Part shown: positions 1 to 13,204 of the stretch, piece by piece
How the letters are laid out: each line of letters starts with the position of its first letter
Numbering within the stretch: position 1 is the stretch's first letter
Source of the DNA: Octopus vulgaris
Lineage: Eukaryota
Reading direction: 5' to 3'
Length of the DNA stretch: 64,000 bases
NCBI GenBank assembly: GCA_951406725.2
Contig: OX597816.1
Span: forward strand, 112,096,001-112,160,000
The notes under the pieces: model-generated
What the model saw: only the letters and a program-made list of their open reading frames with translations
What the model was told of the DNA's origin: nothing
Databases searched by the model: none
Translations under genes and position numbers: made by a program

Positions 1-779
1 TTCCCTTTAGTATTTGTTTAGCTTTATTTTCATATGTTTAGTTTTAAACATATTTATCTCCCAACCACCTCCAAAATAACAACAACAATGTCAATGATGA
101 TGATAATGATGATGATGATGATGATGATGATGATAAAAATGTGTGAAACTTCTTGTGATCTGACTTAACCTTTGTAGTGTATGTTACATGCATTTCTTTT
201 TTGTTAAAATTCTTTAAATTTTATTTAGTTATTCATTTGTTTGTTTTGGTCAAGTTGTAAACTTTTTAAAGACCAAGTCATCAAGAATTTGTATTGCTTA
301 ATTTTTCCTGCTGTTTGTTCCCCACTCCACCAACCACCCAGTCACCAGTCAAATTCATAATCATATATTTAAATAATTAAGCTGCTCTTTTGAGAATAGA
401 AATAACTTCAGTTGACAGCTTTGGTTTATTATTTGTTTAGTTTTAAATAAATTAATTAAAGTCATTGAAATGATCTTAACTTTGAAAATTGCTAAATTGT
501 AAATTGTTTTCTATTTTTAATTCTATAGAAAATTATTTAAAAAGGGGGAAAAAAACTAAAAATTCTTCAATATTGAATACAGTAGCAACATTTAGTTTCT
601 TCATTAAAATAAACAGATAGTAACTTTACATTAAGATATTTAGAGCTAATACTTTAGAATTTGTTTTAAAGTTCCTCTTCTTTTTCTTTCTTGAATCAAA
701 TTGTTTCATGATTTTGATAGGAAGTTGCATTCTTTTCTATTTATGTTGATAGTTTTAATTTCGATTAAATTGAGTTTAT

Positions 780-812
<33 letters not shown>

Positions 813-1054
813 TGTTCATTCACATTGAGATGTATGACTTCATTGTCTGTCACTACTTTGCTTGCTCTTAGCTTATCATCTAAAAGAATTCAGATCTGAC
901 CCTTCTCATGTAATTTTATGCAGCAATGTGATAAATCTTACAAGGAATCTTCTATTTACCTACAGACAAATCTTCCCTTGATTATCTCTCAAATGTTTGA
1001 TTTTTTTTTTTAATGTTTGATTAATCAATTGTCTGTTCTGTTTTGTTTTTTTAG

Positions 1055-1078
1055 TCACTAGAAGCTGTTACGTTCAAG
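1055..1078 (+). CDS. Candidate 24-nt microexon (xTRSCYVQ or SLEAVTFK)
   Basis: Strong T-rich acceptor ttttgtttttttag, donor AAG|gtcagc, length a multiple of 3, two open phases; no homology recognised. Confidence 0.3.
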
Positions 1079-2484
1079 GTCAGCTTGCATGCAGTATACC
1101 TAAGGTCAAAGACATTTCATCTATCATCATCATCACCACCACCCCCACCACTAGCACCATCACCCCCACCACCATCATCATCACCATCACCACCACCACT
1201 AGCACCATCACTATCATCATCATCATCATCATCACCATCATTATCATCATTATTGTCGTCATTATTATCATGGTTTTATATTTGCTTTTTATGTTGGCAT
1301 GTGTCATAGCTGCTCTCCTAGATGGATCAAACAACTACATCTAGCTCATAAGTTTCTGGCTTGGTTTCTTATGATTGGATGCTCTTCCTAACACCAACCA
1401 TTTTCATAACTCCATTTTCATAACACCAACCATTTTATAAAGTGGCACCAGCACTAGAGAAACAGATGTGTCTTTGACAAGACTAAAAGGACCTCTCATA
1501 GTATATTTAAAACTAAATAATTTAATGAGTGCTTTCTCTTTTCTTTTATAATGTTGCTGCATGATATGAGGTAGATTTGGCAGCTATTTTTGACAAGTTG
1601 AGGCTGCACAGAGGCTTCTTAACTGGCCAGAGAAACTACTATTATTGTTGTCATATATCAACATATCCAGAAAGCTGCCCATATGGTTTCCTCATGCTGG
1701 CTTTATCTAGCTGTAATTTCTAATTTTTAGTTCAGCTTACATTATTTACAAGCCTACAAGGGAGCCTCTATATGGATAGTTAAGCTGCTAAATATGGCAG
1801 CTAAATGCCCTTCAAATATATCCAACCATCTTAGAAATAAAGGAAGAACACATTAGATACTGAAATATTAAATATACAAAAAATATACAAAAAATCCTAA
1901 ATATACAAAGTAAAAGAGCTAGGACTGTCACAGTTGCAACAACTTTGATTATAGATATGCTCAAACAAAGCTAATCTGAGATTAAACAACAGCAATTTTC
2001 TCAAATGACAGAAGAGCTCATTATTCAATTAAATCTCTTTCTTGATGTATGGTTGTATTTCCCATTTAATCCAGACAAACAAAACTCTCTAAGCAATGCT
2101 AATTAATTACCTTACTATTGGATTCAAATATGTAACAATAGATTCATTAGTTACGGGTCCCCATTGGACCAGTTGGTAATTTATTACCTATATTATGGTG
2201 GAATGGACAAGGGATTGTTTGAGCAACTTGGACAGAAAAAAAATCACTTAAAATATATGTATTAGTTTATCAGTTTTATGATTGATTTTTACTTCCTTGG
2301 CTGATATACATATAAAATGATCTTCTCACTAGTTTTTCTTTATCAAATTCCATTTACGAGGCACTGGTCAATTGAAGCTGTAGTAGAAAACACTTGCCCA
2401 GTGTATCACAAAACAAAACCAAACTTAGAATTACATGGTTTGGAAGCAAACTTCTTAACTACACACTTATCCCTGGGATATAGT

Positions 2485-2881
2485 TACTCTTTTACCCTTT
2501 TACTTGTTTCAGTCATTTGACTGCAGCCATCCTGGAGTACCACCTTTAATCGAGCAAATCAACTCCAGAACTTATTCTTTGTAAGCCTAGTACTTATTTT
2601 ATCAGTCTCTTTTGCCAAACCGCTATGTTACAAGGATGTAAACACACCAGCATCGGTTGTCAAGCGATGTTGAGGGGACAAACGCAGACACACAAACACA
2701 CAAATATTTACATATACATATACGACAGGCTTCTTTCAGTTTCCGTCTACCAAATCCACTCACAAGGCTTTGGTTGGCCCAAGGCTATAGTAGAAGACAC
2801 TTGCCCAAGGTGCCATGCAGTGGGACTGAACCCAGAACCATGTGGTTGGTAAGCAAGCTACTTACCACACAGCCACTCCTG
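2485..2881 (-). mobile_element. SINE family A (tRNA-derived head, internal TA/GT microsatellite, tail ...gactgaaacaagtaaaagag)
   Basis: Head with A/B-box-like tggctgtgtggtaag / ggttc.gggttcagtccc; >10 near-complete copies in the window; a degenerate copy is adjacent at ~2310-2470. Confidence 0.88.
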
Positions 2882-3420
2882 AACCTAGTTGTATAAAAAG
2901 AAAGAACATGTCTTCTAGAACCAAAAGTTTCTCTTTGATTCTTGAGAGTAGTTTGTTGCATCAGTTAATTAAGTTTAACCATCATTTTAAAAACTTCTTT
3001 GGAGAGTTCTGAACCAATCAGGCAATATAGTTTATGGACCTACTACAGATATCAGTCAAGTATCTCTTAAACTACACTTTACTGTCTACAAAAAGAAAAA
3101 AGGACACATTGGGTAATGTACTCCAGAGTACACCATGCCTGGAAATAATACAATAAGTCAGCTCAGTCAGGGCTGATCTGGAGTTAAACAACTATTTTAG
3201 TGAAGTTATGATTGAAGTTTTCAAGAGATGTGGATTAGACTAAGTGAAATGTTTAGTTTAAGTCTGTGAAGTTCATGTTTTAAAGAAAAGTGATTTGCTT
3301 TTTCAATCCTAGTTAAACCTTGGTTAAGTCAATTTATGACGAAAATCATTTCATTTGAAGCCTTTTCAAACTTTTCAGAACATCTGATATTGTATTCAAG
3401 ATTGACTATGGGGAGATATT

Positions 3421-3634
3421 GATTTCAAATTTTATCACAAGGCTAGTAATACCAGAGGGAGGGGGTAAGTTGATTACATTGACCCAGTGCTCAACTGGTG
3501 TTTATTTTATCGATCCTGAAAGGATGAAAGGCCAAGTCAACCTTGGCAGAGTTTGAACTCAGAACATAAAGACTGATGAAATGCCACTAAGCATTTCGCC
3601 AGGTCTGCTAATGATTCTGCCAGCTCACTGCCTT
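3421..3634 (-). mobile_element. SINE family C (tRNA-like head; central gtcgactttgcctttcatcctttcggggtcgataaa..aagtaccag domain)
   Basis: B-box gagttcaaattcc on the minus strand; further copies at 4328-4511, 4529-4748, 6806-7014, 10709-10855, 42044-42245, 42626-42840, 50115-50285 and 58370-58520. Confidence 0.8.
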
Positions 3635-4091
3635 ATATTATGGGAAAATATTACTTGAAACAAAAAGAAAAAGGCGAGGATTGGCAATTGGAGGAACATC
3701 CATCTGTAAAAAAACTGCCTTAACATATTCCATCTGACCCACATGGTGGTGGTGCTGGTGCTGGTGGAGGAGGTGGAGGAGGGATGAGGGGGAGGGAAAG
3801 AAGGTTGTGGTTCGTGTAAGCTATCTTTGATATTTCTAAAAGTTTGAAAACTTTCCTTCTGTTTCATGACAAGTAAGTTTGATAGCTGATAAAGCACACT
3901 CAGAGTAGTAGCAAATACAATTATAATTATCATAGAAGTTTGAGAATGTATCATAAAAAATAACAGTGATAATCTAATAAATGGAAAGAGGGGAAGAAGC
4001 TGTTTCCATTCTTTCTTTTTTTTTTCTATCACTAGTACAGTGGCTTTGCTTCCTCACAGTTAGCTGATCCTATGCCGCCTGCAATCAAGCT

Positions 4092-4198
<107 letters not shown>

Positions 4199-5126
4199 CT
4201 CATATTTCGTCCACACTCATTGGCACTACACTGCCTACTATATTCAATCCTTCCTTCCCAGAATACCAGTTCTCTGAAGTTTTAACCTTCCATATTAGTC
4301 AACTTGCAGTTATTCCAAATAAGTATTGGTTTCAAATTTTGGCACAAAGCCAGCAATTTCGTGAGAGTTGGGTAAAGTCAATTACATTGACCCCAAAATG
4401 ATAGAAGGCAAAGTGGACTGTGGTGGCGTTTGAATTCAGAACATAAATTTGGAAGAAATACAACTAAGCATTTTTTCCAAAGCGGTGACAGTTCTGCTAG
4501 CTTACTACCTTACATTCCAAATACACACTGATTTCAAATTTTGGCACTAGGCCAGTAATTTTGGTGGGAGGGGATAAGTTGATTACATTGACCCCCCAGC
4601 ATTCAACTGCTACTTATTTTTATCAACTCCAAAAGGGTGAAAGGCGAAGTTGCTCTCAACAGAATTTGAACTCAGAACGTAAAGACAGACAAAATACTTC
4701 CAAGCATTTCACCTGGCAAATTAATGATTCTGCAAGTTTACTGCATTGTCCCAAATAAATATTAACCAAAACAATCTCTCTGAGAAGGCCATGAACACAA
4801 GCCATTCATTCAAATACAAGCCAATGCCAAAGATAATAGAATGTTTTCTGAAGTAACACTTCAATGGGGGAACTGAAGTATACTGGAAGTATACTGCCAG
4901 AGAGTTGAAGCTAAGAAATGGACTGAACCAACAGGTTGGCAACTTAAAAGATTTGCATACCATATGTGTGAATGTGTGTATATGTCTGAATGGTGTGGAG
5001 GAGATATGCATGCATGTGTGTATATTGTAATATTGGTATCTGTTTTGAGAAGCACATTAGGACACAATATATTTTGTCGTTCTTACTCTGTTTATATCTA
5101 TATAACTGGGATTAACGACTGCCATG

Positions 5127-5206
5127 TCTAGCAGATATGTGTCCAGTACTGAGGAAGGGTAAGACCCTGAAACCAGTTCTGGTCTACTGGTCCTGTTACT
5201 GCTGGA
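5127..5206 (+). ncRNA. Type I hammerhead ribozyme (extended, structurally complete)
   Basis: Stem I CCAGTA(5143-48)/TACTGG(5185-90); core CTGAGGA (5149-55); stem II AGGG/CCCT with TAAGA loop; GAAA (5169-72); stem III ACCA(G)/(C)TGGT; GUC cleavage triplet ending at C5184. A distal stem I helix TCTAGCAG(5127-34)/CTGCTGGA(5199-5206) follows an 8x8 internal loop. Confidence 0.85.
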
Positions 5207-5349
5207 TGGGAGTTGTTCACTCCCTTATTTGCAATATAATGGACACATATTGTGTTATTAACCAGCTGGAGGAGGTGCCCTTCTGAGGTTAATAAGCATA
5301 GTAGCATTGTTCTGTACAGAACAACCATGTTGAGGTGGCAACAACCGTT

Positions 5350-5429
<80 letters not shown>

Positions 5430-7036
5430 TATTTATATATATATATATATATGCACATATTATATATATATATATATATATGCACATATTTATATATGTG
5501 TGTGTTGGTGTCTGCATTGGTATGTGAGGTGGTGGTGTGTGTATCGTGAACTAGTACAATATTTAGACTTACTGAGGCAGTACGTGAAGCCCTAAGCAGT
5601 AGGTTGTTTAGCTTCTGCCTAAATCTGACATAGCTGACAACGTATGGATCTGGCCATATATATAACTCAAGCACATACATTTCTTTATGTATGTTCTAGG
5701 GTGATGTTAGTAGTAGACAGTAGAGTATATAGATAGTAAAAGTTCACATTGTGATGCCCTGGAGCTACAGGATAGTCTAGAATGGCAAAGAAATGTTTCT
5801 ATAGTTACGAAAGATTTCCTGCTTTCAAATTTTGACCTGTGATTATTAAGTCAAATATTTTCACCAAGTTATCTAATGTCAGCTTTCAGAATAAATTCTC
5901 AATCATCTTTCGACGAATTCTATAGACATAATTTTCCTTTAGAATTTAACCCTCCATATTTAGAAAAGTTTACATAACCAATGGACATGTAAATAACTGA
6001 TGATAAATCATAGTTTTCAAAGATATAAAGCTCAACTGCAATAACAAGGAAATCTTATAGACAATGTAAAGGATAGAAATAAACCCATATGTGTATATGT
6101 ATACACACATACACACACACACACTCACATACATATATATATACATATATATACATATATATATATAGATATATATATACATATATATTTCTATATATAT
6201 ATATAAATGTATATGCATATATATATATCTATATATATTGACACACACATATATATACATATATATATACACATCCACATACACACATATATATACATAT
6301 ATATATACACATCCACATACACACATATACATACATACATAAATACGCATGTGCATGCATGTCAAGCAATGCACACACACGCACACACACACACATTCAA
6401 ATAATTATGCATGCATATTTATGATTTGGCAATCAAATGATGATAACCATTATGTACATATAATTCAAGTAGAAGTATTAACACATTTTTAGTTCAGGGA
6501 GGGTATCAGAATAGCAATTGTAGAAGTGACAGTATAATTTCATAATCTATTAATGGCCTGATGTTTGGAGAAGTATATTAAATGTGGGATTTCTGTTAAC
6601 GTACACTGCTTGATTTCAGACATGTTTTGGTGTGAAGAGAATAACTTTCCAGTGTTCAGTGTATTATTGTTCAGTAAATGTTTGACACCTATTTAAAGTT
6701 AACCTTGTTTAGAAGTAAAATATTATGGTTTTTCACTGTGTTGTTGTCAGAGACTTATCAAATGTGTAGTTTGCGATTTGCAATGCTTTGACATATCTAT
6801 TGGATTAGATTGGCAGAATTGTTAAAGCATCTGACAAAATGATTTATAGTTTCAGTTCTAGATATTTTTACATTCTGAGTGCTAATTCTGCAAAGGCCAA
6901 CTTTACAGTTCATCTTCCTAAAACTGATGAAATAAGTACCAGTCATGTATTGAAGAAAACAGCAGATTGTTACCTTCAACTCAAAATTTCAGGCTTTGTT
7001 CCTTTGTAAGAAACACTTATTTTTTAGTATTGGAGG

Positions 7037-7738
7037 CAGTGGCTGCTCATGTATAGGAACTACGGAACTGCAGCACCCACTATTTTTACTCAATATTATC
7101 GATAACATTCAATATAATGAGTCCTTTTTTCTTTAATTCTTACTTTATATTTGTACATTATATAATCTTTAAGTTTAAGGTCAGTAGCCATCCCCTAGCT
7201 AATGATAAAAATACAAAAATCCTTGTATAGAACTGTGGGCTTCACAGTTCCAGCAACGTGGTGCTTGGCTATTGTGTGCATGCTCATACGATCAAGATAG
7301 AAAGCTTCACACTAGGGAGAGAGAGCACTGCATGAACGACAGTGCTGGATGAAAGGTGGTGTTTCTTTATGACTCCACGTGTGTTGTGCTTAAAAACGTG
7401 CTTATATTCTTGAATGTGATAAAGTGTAGAATTAGGTTATTATCCTACTTCCAACTTCAGTGTTGCTGCCAGGATTTGAAAAATAGGACACATTTACTCC
7501 ACTTCTCTTGTGATTTAGGGCTGATATTTGGAAAACAAGGGGGAATTCGTGGGGAAGTCCAGTGAACAAATCAAACACACTACCTAGCAGTAGCTAGCAG
7601 TAGCTAAAATGTGAACCAATCAAGTTTATGCACAAATTTTCTTTTTATATGTTTGTTTCCTTTTCCACAATATTAAAACAATGGCTAAAAATTTTCCGAT
7701 GCAGCAGCCCCACTAATTTTATCTATGAGCCACCCCTG
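7037..7738. mobile_element. Non-autonomous hAT-type DNA transposon, ~700 bp
   Basis: Ends CAGTGGCTGCTCAT / ATGAGCCACCCCTG (imperfect TIR). The 8-bp flanks attggagg and atcagggg are reconcilable with one TSD by CpG decay plus one substitution. Confidence 0.65.
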
Positions 7739-8667
7739 ATCAGGGGTGTATTACAGTTGGACTATTAGATTAATATTTATAGCAATTGTATTTTAATAGT
7801 TCTAACCAGAGTATCTGGAAGTTTTTCATGTTATTTTGATGTGTGAATTTTTTTTTTATATTGTTGTAACAATGCTTGCTTCTTTACTGTAATTTTTTCC
7901 TCATGGGAAAAATTTAGTTCAGTGCTTCAAAATAACAATACACTTAACTGCAGTCCACCAGATAGCTTTTATATTCATCTAACTTACTAGCTTCAAATTT
8001 TCATGCAAAAATATCAATAAATTAAAATGTATCAACAAAACAAAATAAAATCTCTTATCTAAATCTTCATATCTAAATGTGATGAGATGTTTAAATCTGT
8101 TTGAATGATTGTGATTTTATACTTGTAATATTATTTATCCTAGGGAGCCTCTTCCACAAATGTTTCTCTGAAGTGAAGTTTATTATTTCAACAAATAACT
8201 TTGCAATAATCCTTATAAATTACAACTGACTTACAAATTCTGACTTCTTTACAAATCGTTACAGTAGACGACAAAATTTCAATGTAATATTCTATCTAAT
8301 TTTATTTCTGATGAAGTTAATGACCATATACTTAATTTGCTTTCATTTCCAAGGAATCAGTCAACTACTCAGCTCAGTCAAAGTATTGATCAAAGATGAT
8401 TAACAAATTATTGAAAGATTCAATGAGCTGCTATATAATGATGCAGCTAGATAATGATAGGATCAATATACCCATATTTTGGGTAATATTATTAGAATTG
8501 TGAATTTTAGTTAAGGTCATATCAAAAGATTTATATTATTGAAAATACCATTAGGAAAATTCAGATACATTCACTTGGTTTCCCAAAAAATAATAAAAAT
8601 CATTACAGTTTTGAAACTTTCTTCAAACAGCATTTGATCTTTCTCATTTTGTAATGCAGTATATATT

Positions 8668-9052
8668 CTTTTCTAACATAGGCACAAGGCTCAAAATTTT
8701 GGGGCAGGGTGCCAGTTGATTAGATCGACCCAGTACACAACTGGTTCATAATTTATCAACCCGAAAGGATTAAAGGCAAAGTCAACCTTGGCAGAACATA
8801 AAAACAAATGAAATACCTATTTCTTTACTACCCACAAGGGGCTAAACACAGAGAGAACAAACAAGGACAGACAAACGGATTAAGTTGATTATATCAACTC
8901 CAGTGCATAACTAGTACTTATTTAATCGACCCCCGAAAGGATGAAAGGCAAAGTCGACCTTGGTGGAATTTGAACTCAGAACATAGCAGCAGACGAAATA
9001 CCACTAAGCATTTTGCCCAGCATGCTAATGTTTCTGCCAGCTCGCTGCCTTT
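8668..9052 (-). mobile_element. Dimeric SINE family C with 16-bp TSD
   Basis: Perfect direct repeat taatgcagtatatatt at 8652-8667 and 9053-9068; the central domain is present twice. Confidence 0.88.
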
Positions 9053-9451
9053 TAATGCAGTATATATTGATATAACTGGCTGTATGACTTCCATTTTTCT
9101 CTGTTTATCCACCTTAAAAGGGAGATAACATTGACCTCCCTTAGTTTTTAAAAAACTTACTTGAATGATACTTGTTGTACGATATTTAATGTTAGGAACC
9201 TACTTTTGTCACTGTTGGTTGTGTCAGTGAATATTATATTTGTAATTCATTGATTGTTAAACTGTATTATTGTTACTAATGACAAATTTATTGCAGGACT
9301 GACAGTGTGGTTAAGAATTTCTCTTCTCAGCAACATGGTCTCAGATTAAGTCCTACTGAATGGCACTTTGGGCAGATATGTACAGCTTCAGTTTAACCAA
9401 AGCCTTGTGAGTGAATTTCACACTTGGAAACTGAAAGAAGACTGTGATATA

Positions 9452-10326
9452 CGAGGTGGAATCAAAAAGTTCCTGTACTGATTCTGTAGCATGCCAACAG
9501 ATAGCAGCACATGGTTGCTTGCACAGTAAGAGCTAGCAGTGACCTTCATGAGGCAGTGCACCAAGTGACATTGCTATGTTTACTTTGCAAGTTGTGAAAT
9601 TTGTGTTTTTGTGATCACGTGTATGCTGTAGTCTGCGATTTTGTCATGGACAGGAGCAAAGAGCCAATGTTAAATTTTGCACTAAACTTAGGAAGTCTGC
9701 TACAGAGACACTGAACATGCTTCAGCAAGCTTGTGGCAGCAAAACAATGGGTCTTACACAATGTTTTGAGTGGTGTAGGTGTTTCAAAAGCAGAAGAATG
9801 TCTCTGGAAGAGAATGGGTGATCTGGAAGACCTACCACAAGCATCAACCCTGGAAATGTGGCATTGTGCATCGAGAATTTGTTCCCCAAGGTCAAACCAT
9901 CAATTGAGAGTTCTACTGTAATGTTTTGAAGTATTTGAGGGAGGGCATTCATTGAAAGCAACCAGATTTGTGAAGCGTGAAGAATTGGATTCTTCACTGA
10001 GCTCACCTCACTAGTGAGTTTCTCACCAAAAATAACATGGCACTGCTTCTTCCGTACCCACCCTATTTGCAAGATTTAGCAACTGCAGACTTCCATCTCT
10101 TCCTCCAAGTTGAAAATGCTGCTCAAAGATCACTGTTTTAACACTGATGTTAAGATCAAGAGCGAATTGCAAAAGGTCCTTGACTAGCTTACAGAAAACA
10201 ACTTCCAGGCCAGATTCCAAAAGTGGCTGGGATGGTATATTGCTGTGCAAGGTGACTACTTCAAAGGAGATGATGTCAAAACTTAAGTTAACATAACTAG
10301 TCTGGGAACCTTTTGATACCACCTCA
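9452..10326 (+). mobile_element. Internally deleted mariner (non-autonomous), ~875 bp
   Basis: TA-flanked imperfect ~28-bp TIRs (cgaggtggaatcaaaaagttcc / ggaaccttttgataccacctca). Decayed transposase: EQRANVKFC...SGRPTTS joined directly to GIVHREFVPQGQTIN...HPPYLQDLATADFHLF. Confidence 0.88.
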
Positions 10327-11578
10327 TATAATATATTTATGTATGACTGTATGTGTGCATATGTGTATGTTTGTGACCCCTTCTCTTGATATGTAATAGT
10401 TATCAACTAGATTTAGCATACATGCAGTGTTGAAAATAAGTCTGGCCATGGGAAAATACTACCTTGCTTCAAAACAGGTGAGTGTTGTGGCAGAAGGGAC
10501 ATCTGACCTTAGAAAATCCATCTCAAGAGATTTTTTCTCTTCCATGGACATTAAAATGACGAAGGGGATGGGAAAATACAAAGGAGAAATATATTTTCAT
10601 TCTATTTTAATTCAAGAAATGTTTTTATTTTGAAAATTAGTATTAGTTCAATTAATTCACTGTAAAATTTGTAGAAGTCAATATCATAATTATGATACTT
10701 ATGAAGATGTTCTGAGTTCAAATTTCACTGAGGTCAATTTTGACTTTCCTTCTTTCAGGAGTCAATGAAATAAATGATAGTTGAGTATTGGGGGTTGATA
10801 TAACTGACAAGCCTTATCCTCTAAAGTTTCAGGCCCTGTGCCTGTAGAAGAAAGTAATATTATAATTATTGTACCTATGTAACATTAACTGATATGATCC
10901 AATAACAGAATATATATTTCCAAAATAACCTGCCAGATAACAGTGAGCATTTTAGTTAATATATATATATATATTGTGCAAATGATTTAAAGATGATTTT
11001 TAAGAAACTGTTACATTAGATGTTTTCAAATTATCACTTTCATCTACCTTTAAAGTAGGCCACTTCTCAAGTAGGCTTTCTTAAGATATCTTCAGTTGTT
11101 CTATTAATTCATATATGTTTATACTGCTGTTTACAGCTTAGATATAAATTTCCAAGTAAGAATTTTATTCTATGCCTCTAATAATGATTCATTCATCAGG
11201 CATGTAAGTTTTTAAAAAGTAGAATCTAGCAATGCTCTCATATACAACTCATGATGAGTCCTTTGTTAATTAAAACCACTCAGTGTAAACTGACATATAA
11301 TGAATATACAGCACTTTTATATTCCTGAGTTTCTGTTTAATGCTCTTAAGTGTGTCATCATTCACAAAATATTGCATATACATAATGGGTTTGGAGACAA
11401 GTTAATCATGTAGTTTAGAAGTTCACTTTCCAAGCACATGCTTTCAGTTTCAGTTCCACTGCATAACACCTCAGGCAAGTATCTTCTACCTTCAATTGCA
11501 GCTTGGGTCAACCAAAGCCTGGTGAGTGAATTTGATAGATGGAAATTGAAAGAAACTTTTGGCATTTGTGTGTGTGTG

Positions 11579-11656
<78 letters not shown>

Positions 11657-11664
11657 ATATATAT

Positions 11665-11978
11665 GTGGAGGTGCAATGACCCAGTGGTTAGGGCAGCGGA
11701 CTCGCAGACGTAGGATCACGGTTTCGATTCTCAGACTGAGCATTGTGAGTGTTTATTGAGCAAAAACACCTAAAGCTCCATGAGGCTCTGGCAGTGGGGA
11801 GGTGGCGATCCCTGCTGTACTCTTTCGCCACAACTTTCTCTCACTCTTTCTTCTGTTGGCCTGCTCACTTAGCCAACGGGGTGGCGTCATTTGAAGGCTA
11901 AAACAATGTGAAATGCATTGTGACCAGCGATGTGAAACCAACATCTGATAGCCTGGTCGGTCACGGTGATCACAGTGA
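11665..11978 (+). mobile_element. SINE family D (tRNA-derived head), tail type 1
   Basis: A box tgacccagtggttag, B box ggtttcgattc; embedded in (TA)n. Confidence 0.8.
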
Positions 11979-13167
11979 TATATATATATATAAATTAGAA
12001 AAAAACACCCTTTATCAACTCAATGAAAAATTAAATTATACCATTTAGAAAAATTACATCTTATAGAAAGATTAAATACATAATAATGTAAACACATAAT
12101 AATGATTAAGTAATGTGCAAAATAATAAATAAAACGTATATATTTGGTAGAATAAGGACACATGTTTCCTGGTTATATTTAAGAAATGATAATAGCAATA
12201 ATAATAGTAGTAAAATCATTTCAATATAAATATAGTCACTCTTCAGATTAAAGATAAAAACAATAAAATAATTAATTAGATAAATTAATGAATACATATA
12301 TATATTTATATATATATATAATACACATAAGGTCCTGGTAGGGTAGAAAGATAAGGTATTTCCGATACAGTATTCAACCTGAGCTTTAGGCTATCTACAT
12401 TCTCAGATTCCAGACTAGTATCAAAATATCAAAATTCTTCCAGTGTAGAAATCCTGGTCTCACAAGCTTTACTCTTGTGTTGGTTTAGTGAAGAGTAAAA
12501 AATAATTCAAATAAGAAAAAGAAAAAATTTAAATCATCTTTGATGAGCAGTTACAATAGTTCCTGTAGCAACTTTGCTTTCAATACCTCTTGACACAAGG
12601 TTTCTAACTGAAAATATGCATATTTGCAGTTTTAAACATAGGAGTGGTACTTTCTCAGACCTGCATCAAAGGTGCACTCTTACAGTGTGCATCTACCAGA
12701 TTTTCTAATTTACTTACACTGGGAGGAAAGGAGAAATGGCCACTCCGATGTTTAAGACCACGAATATTATGCAAATTTTCACTTGGAACTTTCATGTGAA
12801 CAGGCATTGAAAGCGGAGGTGTACAGAAACAATTGTTACTGATCATTAAAGCCTTTCTTTATCTTTTTATTTGGATTACTTCCCCACATATTAGTTTCCT
12901 AACATTTGGTTTCTCTGATGAAGCCTTGGGGCACAACCATTGTCCAACCCCTGCCCAATGTTTGTTCCTCCCTGTATATCACTGGCGCGATGTGGAAAAC
13001 TTGAAAGATTTGGCCACCCCATGGTAGAAACAGCTGCATGAGTTTAGTATTTGTACGCTCATTTATTCTTATTTGTTTATATTTATTTATATATTTATCT
13101 ACTTATTTATTTGCTTATTTCATTCATTTATTTGGATCACTTACACATATGATTGTAATCAATTGAT

Positions 13168-13168
<1 letters not shown>

Positions 13169-13204
<36 letters not shown>

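Noticed and set aside
2625-2896. Recurrent ORFs such as ...[18 protein letters not shown]...EDTCPRCHAVGLNPEPCGW
   Set aside because: Antisense translation of SINE family A; they recur only because the SINE does.
11243-11290. catgatgagtcc...aaaaccactcagt hammerhead-like motif
   Set aside because: The core and stem II are too degenerate to distinguish from chance.
11666-11740. tRNA-like sequence
   Set aside because: A/B boxes are present but there is no closing acceptor stem, and it continues into a SINE body.
12655-12846. Minus-strand ORF (TPPLSMPVHMKVPSENLH...) as a possible exon
   Set aside because: No convincing splice sites or recognised homology; part of it resembles sequence at ~43830, suggesting a repeat.
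12908-12950. CTGATGA-a-GCC-ttgg-GGC-acaa...GTC hammerhead-like motif
   Set aside because: The GAAA is lost and stem I is not contiguous; at best a dead relic, so it is not called as a feature.
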